Positions 22,168-31,271 are shown, counted from the first letter of the stretch. The stretch is DNA of 64,000 nt from an uncultured delta proteobacterium (GCA_963787125.1 CAWBBV010000009.1:64264-128263), one strand, 5' to 3'. The notes: generated by a model not told the origin, from the sequence alone. Translations and numbers: made by a program.

Positions 22168-24750
22168 ATGAAGTTTACGCTGAAGGATTACCAGGATGGG
22201 GCGGTGCGGGATGTGCTCGCCAATCTGCGCAAGGCCCGCAAACGCTGGCGCGAGGATGGCGACCGGCACGCTTTTTCCCTGACGGCGGTAACTGGTGCCG
22301 GTAAGACGGTAATGGCGGCAGCGGCATTCGAGGCGCTGTTTCATGGCGATGACAATTATGATTACGAGGCCGATCCAGGCGCGGTGGTTATCTGGTTCAG
22401 CGATGACCCGTCTTTGAACGAGCAGACGCGCTTCCGGCTCATGGAAGCCTCGGACCGGTTGAACCATTCCGATCTGGTTGTGGTGCAGAACACTTTCAGC
22501 CAGGCGAAATTCGAGCCGGGCAAGATCTACTTCCTCAATACCCAGAAGCTGGGCAAGAAAAGCCTGCTCGTGCGAGGTTCTGACCCGGAGGAGGATCATC
22601 CGGCTTTCCCCGAAGTGCGGCCAGACCTGCGCTCTCACACCATCTGGGATACAATCCAGAATACAATCGAAGACCCGTATCTGACGCTGTATCTGGTGCT
22701 TGATGAGGCGCACCGGGGGATGGGTAACCCGTCGGAGGCGGTACAGAGGGATAAATCGACCATAGTCAAGCGACTTATCAACGGTGCGGGCGCTGTGCCG
22801 GCAATACCGATTGTGCTGGGCATATCCGCCACAGTGGAACGGTTCAATACTGCCATGGGCGATGCGCAGGGGCGCGATCTTCTTCAAAACGTCGTCGTAG
22901 ATTCCGCCAAGGTGCAAGAGTCGGGCCTTTTGAAGGATACGATTATTCTGGATATCCCCGATGAAGTGGGGCAGTTCGACACGGTGCTGGTGCGCCGCGC
23001 TACCGGCAAAATCAAGGAATCGAGTGAGGCATGGGCCGAGTATTCCCGGCAGCAGGATTCCAAAGAGATCGTCAAACCGCTTATGGTGCTGCAGGTGCCG
23101 AATACGCCAAACCCCAATGACATTGGCCAGGCGCTGGACACGATCATCCAACAGTGGCCGGAATTGACCGAAGAAGCGTTTGCCCATGTGCTCGGCGAAC
23201 ATACCACCCAGACATACGGCAGACATACGGTGCCGCACATCTCCCCTGAGCGGGTGCAGGATGCCTATTGGGTGCGGGTGCTCATCGCCAAGGACGCCAT
23301 CAGCACCGGCTGGGACTGCCCGCGGGCCGAGGTGCTGGTTTCCTTCCGGCCGGCCAAGGATCGCACCCATATAACCCAGCTCATGGGGCGCATGGTTCGG
23401 ACCCCCCTTGCACGGCGCATTCCAGGCAATGACCGGCTCAATTCCGTTGACTGTCTGCTGCCATTTTTCGATGCTAAATCCGTAGAAGAAGTTGCCGATG
23501 CCCTGATGAAGGGGGGCGACGACGGTAAAACGCTCCCTGGTCGGCGGGTGCTCATTAATCCCAAGGATATGCTGCCGAATCCTGCTGTCTCGGAAGCGGT
23601 ATGGGACACGTTCCGGTCGCTGCCGTCCCAATCCCTGCCGCAGCGGGGGGCAAAGCCGGTGAAACGGTTGACCGCGCTGGCCCATGAACTGGCGTGGGAC
23701 AAGCTGTTGCCGGGTGCCGGAAAGATTGCCCATACGGAAATGCATAAGGTTCTGGATGCGATTCAGAAGCAGTATGCCAAAGATATTGCCGCTGCCCGAA
23801 AAGCTGTCTTGACGGTGGAAGGAAAGACCCTGACCGCCGATATGCAGAAAAAATCAAAATCCTTCGACGACTTTCTGGAAGATGCCGACTATGTGGTGAT
23901 CGAGGACGCCTACCGCCGCGCCGGGCGCATCCTGAGCCCGGACGTTTCCCGGACCTATGCAGAATATCTGGCCGCCAGGAATGAGGATGCCGACGACATG
24001 GAAGATGCGTTGATAGAGGCCCATGCCGATATCGCGGCGCTTGGACTGGTAACCAATGTGAAAACCTGCCTCGACGCCGAAGCGGACAAGCTGGCCAAAG
24101 GATGGTTTGAAACGTACAAGGCGCAGATCAAGGCGCTGTCTGACGAGCGGCAGGAGGTGTATCGCTCGCTCAAGGGGATGAGCACGGAGCCGGGAGAAAT
24201 CGACCTTGCCACACCGAAAGCGTGGACGGTGGCAACTACCGAGCAGGATGCACTCGGCAACAAAAAGCCGCTGCCGACGTATAAACAGCATCTGTTGTGC
24301 GACGAGAACGGCTTGTTTCCAGCTGAAATGAACGATTGGGAGAAAGCTGTGTTGGCAACGGAGATGAAACGCGAAGGCTTTCAGTTCTGGTACCGCAACC
24401 CGTCGCGGCCGAGTCAGGACTCTCTAGGGATTGCCTATACCGAGGATCAGCTGGTCAAAATCATGCGGCCGGATTTCATCTTTTTCTCGCTGCAAGCAGA
24501 CGGTTCTACCGTTGCCGACATCGTTGATCCCCACGGGACACAATACGGTGACGCGCTGCCAAAACTGCAGGGCCTGGCGCACTATGCCGAGGCCTACGGG
24601 ACGTTGTACCGGCGTATCGAAGCGGTTGCCGAGGTGAAGGGGAAATTGCGCATACTGGACCTGACCGATGAAAATGTGCGCAATGCGGTGGCAGTGTCTG
24701 AGGATGTCAAGAGCCTCTATTCAGGAACGTTGGCGGGGGATTACTGTTAG
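22168..24750 (+). CDS. Type III restriction enzyme Res subunit
   Basis: TGAGKT, DEAH, SAT, GWDCPRA, Q.MGR..R helicase motifs; C-terminal PDFIF...DPHG nuclease; abuts mod. Confidence 0.9.
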   Translation: MKFTLKDYQDGAVRDVLANLRKARKRWREDGDRHAFSLTAVTGAGKTVMAAAAFEALFHGDDNYDYEADPGAVVIWFSDDPSLNEQTRFRLMEASDRLNHSDLVVVQNTFSQAKFEPGKIYFLNTQKLGKKSLLVRGSDPEEDHPAFPEVRPDLRSHTIWDTIQNTIEDPYLTLYLVLDEAHRGMGNPSEAVQRDKSTIVKRLINGAGAVPAIPIVLGISATVERFNTAMGDAQGRDLLQNVVVDSAKVQESGLLKDTIILDIPDEVGQFDTVLVRRATGKIKESSEAWAEYSRQQDSKEIVKPLMVLQVPNTPNPNDIGQALDTIIQQWPELTEEAFAHVLGEHTTQTYGRHTVPHISPERVQDAYWVRVLIAKDAISTGWDCPRAEVLVSFRPAKDRTHITQLMGRMVRTPLARRIPGNDRLNSVDCLLPFFDAKSVEEVADALMKGGDDGKTLPGRRVLINPKDMLPNPAVSEAVWDTFRSLPSQSLPQRGAKPVKRLTALAHELAWDKLLPGAGKIAHTEMHKVLDAIQKQYAKDIAAARKAVLTVEGKTLTADMQKKSKSFDDFLEDADYVVIEDAYRRAGRILSPDVSRTYAEYLAARNEDADDMEDALIEAHADIAALGLVTNVKTCLDAEADKLAKGWFETYKAQIKALSDERQEVYRSLKGMSTEPGEIDLATPKAWTVATTEQDALGNKKPLPTYKQHLLCDENGLFPAEMNDWEKAVLATEMKREGFQFWYRNPSRPSQDSLGIAYTEDQLVKIMRPDFIFFSLQADGSTVADIVDPHGTQYGDALPKLQGLAHYAEAYGTLYRRIEAVAEVKGKLRILDLTDENVRNAVAVSEDVKSLYSGTLAGDYC

Positions 24751-24786
24751 CGAATTGGAATTATCTTAATATGAATGAGGTTTTGT

Positions 24787-25851
24787 ATGGCTCGGCAAAG
24801 AACAAGCCCATTGGAAGATGTGATTTCCCTGGCAAGTAAACTTCCATGGTGGTTATGTCTCATATTTGCGCTTATTTCTTATGTTGTTTTGCATAAAATA
24901 GCTGGCAGACCTATGGCAGTGCCAGTCGATGGGGCAGGCCAACTAGGCGCTGCAGTGACTCACCAACTTTTCACGACGATGGCCATATTCGGTCAACTCA
25001 TAGTGCCATTTGTTTTTGTTATTGCAGCAGTAGGATCTGGGATATCAGCTTTCCGTCAGAAAAAGCTCTACGAAACCGTCGCAACCCGAACCGATGTTGC
25101 CGTTATGAATGAAATGGGTTGGGATGAGTTTGAAATGCTGGTTGGTGAGCATTTCCGGCGGCTAGGGTTTCAGGTGTCGCGGCAGGGCGGGAACGGTCCT
25201 GACGGCGGTGTCGATCTTGTCCTGAAAAACAAGAGTGAAACCTATCTGGTGCAGTGCAAACAGTGGAAGGCCTACAAAGTGGGAGTGCAACCGGTGCGCG
25301 AGCTGTACGGTGTAATGGCATCACGCGGCGCTGCTGGTGGCTACGTGGTAACCTCCGGAATGTTTACCGACGAGGCCCAGGCGTTTGCCAAGGGGCTGAA
25401 TGTCGAACTGATCGATGGCCGCAAGCTTCGGCAAATAATCGATAATGCCCGTAAACCGGCTGTCGCTGATGTACGGCAACCTGCGATAGTTCTGGAGACT
25501 GTGGCAATTCTGGCAGTTTCCCCGAATTGTCCCAAGTGCGGCGCGGAGATGAAAAAGCGTCTGGCTCGACAAGGGAGTAACGCGGGAAACGAGTTCTGGG
25601 GTTGCTCCGGCTATCCGGCTTGCAAAGGGATTCTGCCGGTTGCACATGTTACAGCAGTGGAGCCAGTCATTGAGCAGGAAATTGCGCCGGTCACTCCAGT
25701 AGCCAGTAGTTCGAGAAGCTGCCCTCAGTGCGGAGATGGATTGGTTATCCGCGAGTTCAAGAGCGGTCCACGCGTAGGTCAGGAGTTCCTTGGTTGCTTG
25801 CAGTGCAGGAAAGGGTATCCGTTAACACAACCAGTCATGTCCACAAATTGA
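24787..25851 (+). CDS. Mrr-family restriction endonuclease with N-terminal TM helices and C-terminal zinc ribbons
   Basis: EFEMLV, DGGVD, VQCKQW; CPKC...C..YPAC and CPQC...C..C. Confidence 0.88.
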   Translation: MARQRTSPLEDVISLASKLPWWLCLIFALISYVVLHKIAGRPMAVPVDGAGQLGAAVTHQLFTTMAIFGQLIVPFVFVIAAVGSGISAFRQKKLYETVATRTDVAVMNEMGWDEFEMLVGEHFRRLGFQVSRQGGNGPDGGVDLVLKNKSETYLVQCKQWKAYKVGVQPVRELYGVMASRGAAGGYVVTSGMFTDEAQAFAKGLNVELIDGRKLRQIIDNARKPAVADVRQPAIVLETVAILAVSPNCPKCGAEMKKRLARQGSNAGNEFWGCSGYPACKGILPVAHVTAVEPVIEQEIAPVTPVASSSRSCPQCGDGLVIREFKSGPRVGQEFLGCLQCRKGYPLTQPVMSTN

Positions 25852-25893
25852 CCGCTGCGGTGAGTTTGTCGTGCTGGTCCGAATACAGATAGG

Positions 25894-25930
25894 AAAAGAC
25901 CCGCCGGTTGCATACCGGCGGGTCTTTTTT
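25894..25930 (+). terminator. Rho-independent terminator (possibly bidirectional)
   Basis: AAAAGACCCGCCGGT-TGCAT-ACCGGCGGGTCTTTTTT. Confidence 0.85.
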
Positions 25931-25971
25931 GATTGGTTGCATTAATTGGTCAACGGTTATTGACAATATTC

Positions 25972-26214
25972 CTAGAGAGTGCTGCTGCGCAGCATGCAAA
26001 TGATGAGGGCACCAATAAAAGTGCCAATAAAGCTAACTATTCTCAGCAATTGCTGGTTTGAAAAAATACTCTGTCTAACAGGTTTTACTGCTTCCGGTGG
26101 AGTGTCGTTGTACGGCTGCATTATTGTTTGGTTTACAATAATCGTAACCTGACTGATCGTAACCTGACTGTTTTGCGCAATGACTTCAATTATATATTGA
26201 GGAGAAGAGTTCAT
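25972..26214 (-). CDS. Small hypothetical membrane protein
   Basis: AGGAGG SD upstream; C-terminal TM; internal 15-nt tandem repeat at 26141-26170. Confidence 0.45.
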   Translation of the reverse strand: MNSSPQYIIEVIAQNSQVTISQVTIIVNQTIMQPYNDTPPEAVKPVRQSIFSNQQLLRIVSFIGTFIGALIICMLRSSTL

Positions 26215-26268
26215 GGCCGCCCCTCCTATTGCACTGCCTGGTTAGTGTTGATCACTCCTCCTTGGCGA

Positions 26269-26292
26269 ATTCCGGGGACAGTATATTTAATT
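26269..26292 (+). repeat. REP-like motif ATTCCGGGGACA(GTATATTTAATT); the 12-mer recurs at 31278-31289
   Basis: Identical 12-mer near both ends of the TA array. Confidence 0.5.
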
Positions 26293-26486
26293 CAAAACAC
26301 TCCCTGGGGGCAAAGCTTGATGAGGGGCTGTTCCGGGTCATGCAGAACGGGGAGGGGAGAGAGGCGTTGCTGTCTTGACCTTGATGACGCAGAGGGGTAT
26401 ACTCCTCGCAACACTCAGTATTTCAGGCAGTTATATGCTGTTTCTGGTAATACTGATTTATGGATCGAACCAAGATGAGGTGCTCC

Positions 26487-26705
26487 ATGATAGACCGTAA
26501 CAATCCACTCATCCGCGAAGCCAACAATCTTCCTCCGCTGGACAAACTGCAACTCGTTGACTATCTTCTTGAATCACTTGACATGCCCGATACGGAGATT
26601 GAAAAATTATGGGCTGAGGAATCTTCCCGTCGATGGGAAGGCTATAAGGCCGGGGAGATAGGCTCTGTTTCTGCTGCCGAGGTCTTCGAAAAATACAAAC
26701 CATGA
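26487..26705 (+). CDS. Addiction-module antitoxin (TIGR02574-like)
   Basis: LPPLDKLQLVDYLLESLD...WAEESSRR; ATGA overlap with a toxin start. Confidence 0.85.
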   Translation: MIDRNNPLIREANNLPPLDKLQLVDYLLESLDMPDTEIEKLWAEESSRRWEGYKAGEIGSVSAAEVFEKYKP

Positions 26706-26782
26706 ATATCCGCTTCCTTGAACCTGCCCAAAGCGAGAACATCCATAGGGGTCGTGTCTCAACTCCCTACAGCTTTAAATAA
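26702..26782 (+). pseudogene. Truncated RelE/ParE-family toxin (first 12 codons only)
   Basis: MNIRFLEPAQSE, then the sequence switches into the repeat at 26737. Confidence 0.65.
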
Positions 26783-27123
26783 CTGAAATAAACATGACCA
26801 CAATTGATACCTCCATCAAACCACAAGAGCTTCAATCAAGCGGTTGGAGGGTGTGGCAATGGGGTATCATACTGAATTCAGAGGCTCTTTGCGCTTCAAT
26901 ACGGAATTGACTGAAATTCAGCTTTCATTCATCAAGCAAATTTTGCGTGAAGATTATCGAGATCATCCTGAATGGGACGCAATGGATCTGACATACATTG
27001 ACCTTGCGCTACTGCCTGACAACAGCGGCATACAATGGGATGGCTCCGAAAAGACCTGCTTTTGCCGGAACTGGTGAATGTTGTCATAACGCAAATGAGA
27101 AGGGAGTTTCCTAGTTTTGGACT
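26737..27123 (+). repeat. ~390-bp direct repeat, copy 1 (REP-like head plus 5' part of a hypothetical gene)
   Basis: Near-identical to 28142-28529. Confidence 0.95.
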
Positions 27124-27226
27124 GACAGGCGTGATGTCCGCACAGGGGAGCGACGTGGGCGACCTTTGGGAGCTGTACATCGATGATGATGGATATGCAA
27201 AGAGGAGAGTAGTCCGGCTTTGGTAA
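26859..27226 (+). pseudogene. Hypothetical protein, paralog of 28264-28692, frameshifted at ~27060
   Basis: Two ORFs in different frames each match the intact paralog; one base missing relative to it. Confidence 0.75.
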
Positions 27227-27285
27227 CTTGTTGATTTCCCGGAATATGCCTGTATAATGCCGATATTCCAACAGGGAGAACGAAT

Positions 27286-27609
27286 TTGCGACGCAAGGCC
27301 TCTGAAAAAATACTGAAGCAGATTCTGCAGCGGATTCTGGCTGTCGTTCAGCCCAGCCGGGTATTTCTGTTTGGTTCGGCTGCGCGGGACGAAATGAGGG
27401 CAAACAGCGATCTTGATCTGCTGGTGGTGGTTCCGTCCGGCTGTCATCGCCGCAGGACCGCCCAAATGATTTACCGGAATCTTGTCGGTGTCGGGTTTGC
27501 CGCTGATATCGTAGTTGTTACGGATGACGATGTTGTGCGGTATCGCAACGATCAGGACATGGTCATAAAGCCGGCCATGGACGAGGGAAGACTGCTTTAT
27601 GCCGCGTAA
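27286..27609 (+). CDS. Minimal nucleotidyltransferase (MNT) antitoxin
   Basis: LFGSAARD...SDLDLLVV. Confidence 0.9.
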   Translation: MRRKASEKILKQILQRILAVVQPSRVFLFGSAARDEMRANSDLDLLVVVPSGCHRRRTAQMIYRNLVGVGFAADIVVVTDDDVVRYRNDQDMVIKPAMDEGRLLYAA

Positions 27610-27997
27610 TCAGGGACAGCCCGGTTCTCCGCAGGAATGGCTGAGGCGGGCAAAGAGCAATCTGGCGCTGGCCAGACAATCAAACTCGGAGGAAATTTAC
27701 TGGGAAGACCTCTGTTTCGAGACTCAGCAGGCTGCGGAAAAGGCCATGAAGGCAGTGCTGATCGCCAGGGGAATTCCTTTCCGTTATGTACATGATCTCG
27801 CCGAACTACTCACCCTTCTGGAAAACCATGGCATAGAGCTTCCGGAAACCGTTCGCATGGCAGCATCGTTGACCGACTATTCCGTAGAAGCCAGATATCC
27901 GGGTCCTTTCGAGCCGGTAACCGAAGATGAATTCCGTGAAGCCTTGAGTCTTGCAGAAGGTGTCGTTGCCTGGGCAGACAAGCTTATCCCCGATTAA
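27599..27997 (+). CDS. HEPN-domain protein (HEPN/MNT TA pair)
   Basis: QQAAEKAMKA, HDL, EARYPG; overlaps MNT. Confidence 0.9.
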   Translation: MPRNQGQPGSPQEWLRRAKSNLALARQSNSEEIYWEDLCFETQQAAEKAMKAVLIARGIPFRYVHDLAELLTLLENHGIELPETVRMAASLTDYSVEARYPGPFEPVTEDEFREALSLAEGVVAWADKLIPD

Positions 27998-28141
27998 CAA
28001 TCAAGTGCATAGCAGGGCAGTCCCTGACATGAGCCATATTCCTCGAACCACCAATTGACGACTTTCTTCACACACTCTCCCGCTTGCATATCAACCCAAT
28101 TATCCAACTTAAGTGGGTCGCCAGGAACATCTATAAGGGTC

Positions 28142-28529
28142 GAACATCTATAAGGGTCGTGTCTCAACTCCCTACAGCTTTAAATAACTGAAATAAATAT
28201 GACCACAATTGATACCTCCATCAAACTGCAAGAGCTTCAATCAAGCGGTTGGAGGGTGTGGCAATGGGGTATCATACTGAATTCAGAGGCTCTTTGCGCT
28301 TCAATACGGAATTGACTGAAATTCAGCTTTCATTCATCAAGCAAATTTTGCGTGAAGATTATCGAGATCATCCTGAATGGGACGCAATGGATCTGACATA
28401 CATTGACCTTGCGCTACTGCCTGACAACAGCGGCATACAATGGGATGGCTCCGAAAAGACCTGCCTTATGCCGGAACTGGTGAATGTTGTCATCACGCAA
28501 ATGAGGAGGGAGTTTCCCGGTTTTGGACT
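28142..28529 (+). repeat. ~390-bp direct repeat, copy 2, preceded by a 17-nt tandem duplication of its head (28125-28141)
   Basis: GAACATCTATAAGGGTC x2, then near identity to 26737-27123. Confidence 0.95.
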
Positions 28530-28692
28530 ATCAGGTATGATTTCCGCTCAGGGTGCTGAGATTGGCGACTGTTGGGAATTGTATATTTCGGACGATGGCT
28601 TTGCCAAGAAAAGGAAATTGGTGGCGACGGAGGAAATAATTGCCTGTCCATATTGTTACGGTTCGATTAATCTTTCATGCGAAGAAGGATAA
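28264..28692 (+). CDS. Hypothetical protein with C-terminal CxxC
   Basis: GGAGG SD; MGYHTEFRG...WDGSEK...CPYC; paralog at 26859. Confidence 0.75.
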   Translation: MGYHTEFRGSLRFNTELTEIQLSFIKQILREDYRDHPEWDAMDLTYIDLALLPDNSGIQWDGSEKTCLMPELVNVVITQMRREFPGFGLSGMISAQGAEIGDCWELYISDDGFAKKRKLVATEEIIACPYCYGSINLSCEEG

Positions 28693-28764
28693 GCGAGCAG
28701 ACTGGAAATAATCGTAACTCCGGTGTAGTATGGCCTGTATCACCTGATTTCATGAGGTTAAAGC

Positions 28765-29202
28765 ATGACCACGACAGATAACGCAATAGTCCTTTATCAA
28801 AGCCCGGATGGCGCGGCTTCACTTGAAGTTCGCCTCGATCATGAAACTGTCTGGTTGACCCAGGACCAGATGGCGGAACTGTTCGGCAGGGAACGGTCGG
28901 TAATCACCAAGCATCTGCGCAATGTATTCAAAGAGGGGGAACTGGAGGAAATTTCAGTTCGTGCAAAATATGCACATACTGCCGCCGACGGCAAAGAATA
29001 CCTGACGCAGTTCTATAATCTGGATGCAATTCTATCTGTTGGCTATCGGGCGAATTCCAAGCAGGGCACCCGTTTCCGCCAGTGGGCGACGCAGGTGCTG
29101 CGTGACCACATCGTCAAGGGATATACGGTCAACGAACAGCGGCTGCGGGAGGAGAGCGCCAAGTTGCAGGCGATGCGACAGACCGTGGAGCTGCTGGCCC
29201 GC
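28765..29202 (+). pseudogene. RhuM/virulence-protein family N-terminal part, truncated by a palindromic repeat
   Basis: ETVWLTQDQMAELF, YNLDAILSVGYR, FRQWAT; the ORF then reads into the 70-bp repeat. Confidence 0.8.
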
Positions 29203-29271
29203 AAAAGCAGAAGGGGTCAAGTCTCCAAATATCAATTTGAGATTTGGAGACTTGACCCCCTACGGTTTTTC
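29202..29271 (+). repeat. 70-bp palindromic REP-like element, copy 1
   Basis: GGGGTCAAGTCTCCAAAT-11 nt-ATTTGGAGACTTGACCCC; identical to 30057-30126. Confidence 0.95.
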
Positions 29272-29356
29272 ACGCTCCAAAAGGACTCCCCCATGCCCAA
29301 GACCGTAGCAATCAAAAACAACAAACGATATTATTCATTCCCAACTTGTAATTTAG

Positions 29357-29370
29357 TAACATATATGTTA
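29357..29370. promoter_or_regulatory. Palindromic operator candidate for the TA operon
   Basis: Perfect 14-bp palindrome TAACATATATGTTA just upstream of the toxin gene. Confidence 0.55.
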
Positions 29371-29384
29371 TGAACGAGACAGAT

Positions 29385-29714
29385 ATGTCATGGACAATTG
29401 ACTATTATAGCGAACAGGTGAGACTCGAAATCAATGCCCTTCCGGTCGGCATTCGGGCTTCTTATGCACGCTTGACAAATCTGCTCGAAGAATTCGGCCT
29501 TGAGCTTCGTATGCCGCATTCACGGGCTATGGGAAGCGGTCTGTTTGAGTTGCGACCGAAAGGGCGTGAAGGTATTGCCCGTGTTTTTTACTGTATGAAG
29601 GTGGGCAGGCGGATCATCATTCTCCATTCGTTTATCAAAAAGACAAACGAAACCCCAAAGCGTGAGCTGGAAATTGCCCATCGCAGACAACGGGAGGTAA
29701 CAGGCAATGAGTAG
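29385..29714 (+). CDS. RelE/HigB-like (Gp49-type) type II toxin
   Basis: MPHSRAMGSGLFELR, LHSFIKKT..TP.RELEIA..R. Confidence 0.88.
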   Translation: MSWTIDYYSEQVRLEINALPVGIRASYARLTNLLEEFGLELRMPHSRAMGSGLFELRPKGREGIARVFYCMKVGRRIIILHSFIKKTNETPKRELEIAHRRQREVTGNE

Positions 29715-30024
29715 CACATCACCGACTAAAACTCATCGTCAGATGATGTCAGAATGGAAGCAGAATCCCGAGTTCATTGCGGCATACGATGAACTGGAAA
29801 CTGAGTACACCTTATTGCGTGAGCTGTTGCTTGCGCGACAGAATGCCGGAATGACACAGGCGGAAGTTGCTGAAAAAATGGGGACTAAACCACCCTCTGT
29901 TACCCGCCTTGAGACCGCTCTATCGGACAATCGGCATTCACCCACGATTGCTACCCTGAAAAAGTATGCCCAGGCTGTGGGGTGCAAGCTTGAGGTTCAC
30001 CTTGTGCCGGTGAAAGCCGCATAG
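29707..30024 (+). CDS. XRE/HigA-like HTH antitoxin
   Basis: AGMTQAEVAEKMGT...VTRLE...PTIATLKKYA. Confidence 0.9.
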   Translation: MSSTSPTKTHRQMMSEWKQNPEFIAAYDELETEYTLLRELLLARQNAGMTQAEVAEKMGTKPPSVTRLETALSDNRHSPTIATLKKYAQAVGCKLEVHLVPVKAA

Positions 30025-30056
30025 AGAGCCATTCAGGATTTCATCGCTTCAGTAGC

Positions 30057-30126
30057 CAAAAGCAGAAGGGGTCAAGTCTCCAAATATCAATTTGAGATTT
30101 GGAGACTTGACCCCCTACGGTTTTTC
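30057..30126 (+). repeat. 70-bp palindromic REP-like element, copy 2
   Basis: Identical to 29202-29271. Confidence 0.95.
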
Positions 30127-30127
30127 C

Positions 30128-30322
30128 TTCGATGAAGGCATGATCACCGTTTACGGAACATACGCCGTTCTTGTCTTAAAACAGCTCCCCGCCAATAACA
30201 ACATCCCCAGCCATATGCAGACCCTCTCCGGACGCGGCATCATCGGGCCAACCGAACAGCTTCTCTGGCCGGATCCGGACGCGCTCCACTGGCATCAGCA
30301 GAAGATTTTCCGGAAATATTGA
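30128..30322 (+). pseudogene. C-terminal fragment of an HNH endonuclease
   Basis: FDEGMITV...P...ALHWHQQKIF, typical of HNH_2 restriction-type proteins; begins right after the repeat with no HNH core. Confidence 0.6.
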
Positions 30323-30353
30323 AGTTCGCTGGCTTCTGACTACTGCATAAGAT

Positions 30354-30767
30354 TCAGCGAGTTTGGCCAAGAAATTGCGCCGGTGTCATAATGGGAATGG
30401 TGCAGTAGTTGCCAAGGGCCAACAGGTGCGGATCTCCGGAGATGATTGCTGATGCATTAGCTGTGACGGCGCAGGAGAGGAACTTGTCGTCGTCCGGGTC
30501 TTCGGCGATTACGGCAACGTTCTCCTTTGGTTGTACGAAGAGCGACCAGGCAAATACGAATTCGAGTATATTGACCTGCAGGGTGGGGGAAAACTTGAGT
30601 TTGGGGTAGGCAACGACTCGCTGGAGTTCGGCGTAAATATCGCTAGTGATGCAGTTGACGATGCGGCGCTGTTCCATGAGGCGCAACACCGCTTCCGGCT
30701 TGCCATCCCAGCCGAAGGCCGAGATGAAAACGTTGGTGTCTATGACTACTTTTGTGACCGTGCCCAC
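30354..30767 (-). CDS. PIN-domain toxin (TIGR00305-like)
   Basis: VVIDTNVFISA, DPDDDKFL, ISGDPHLL. Confidence 0.92.
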   Translation of the reverse strand: MGTVTKVVIDTNVFISAFGWDGKPEAVLRLMEQRRIVNCITSDIYAELQRVVAYPKLKFSPTLQVNILEFVFAWSLFVQPKENVAVIAEDPDDDKFLSCAVTANASAIISGDPHLLALGNYCTIPIMTPAQFLGQTR

Positions 30768-30973
30768 AGAACAGCCTCGGCAGCAGTTTCCGGCCCCAGC
30801 TTCTCCCGTTTTACGATTCGTGACGACTTACGGCTTATCTCTTCAAGCGGTAATGGTGCATAGAGTTTTTTCTTGAAGAGCTGGTCTATCAGCTTCTTAA
30901 GCCCTTCCGGAGGGAACTGGGTCAGAGCTTCCAATAGCTGATTACTGTTAAGTTGGATAGACGGGTTATTCAT
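30746..30973 (-). CDS. Putative antitoxin of the PIN toxin
   Basis: 75-aa gene upstream of and overlapping the PIN gene; GGAG SD. Confidence 0.7.
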   Translation of the reverse strand: MNNPSIQLNSNQLLEALTQFPPEGLKKLIDQLFKKKLYAPLPLEEISRKSSRIVKREKLGPETAAEAVLWARSQK

Positions 30974-31271
30974 ATTAGCTACTCCCTGAGATTGGACTAC
31001 TTATACAGTGCGACCGGTCACGCAAAGGGTGCTTTTAGTGCGCTGGCGCGCGACGATAGTTTCAATGGTGGTGGAAGCAGCCTTGTTGACTAGGGGCTTG
31101 CCGGACTTTGCCGCGCGGAGAATTTTTTTTGCCCTCTTTGCCAACTGCCGGTTTTGAATTTGTGTGCAAAGTATACAACATGTTCAGTCCTTCCAATGAT
31201 TTTTACTATAGCGTGCAGTCAGATAGATTGTCAATAATCTGCTTTAACCGTACTCTTCTTGACTGATATGT

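Noticed and set aside
22099..23745. 548-aa minus-strand ORF
   Set aside because: Antisense shadow of the GC-rich res gene with no recognisable motifs.
29202..30126. Palindromic direct repeats as a CRISPR array
   Set aside because: Only two 70-bp copies, 855 bp apart, enclosing whole genes; no cas genes in the window.
31010..31185. Possible short basic ORF on the minus strand upstream of the PIN antitoxin
   Set aside because: No in-frame start or SD and no recognisable family; cannot be supported.
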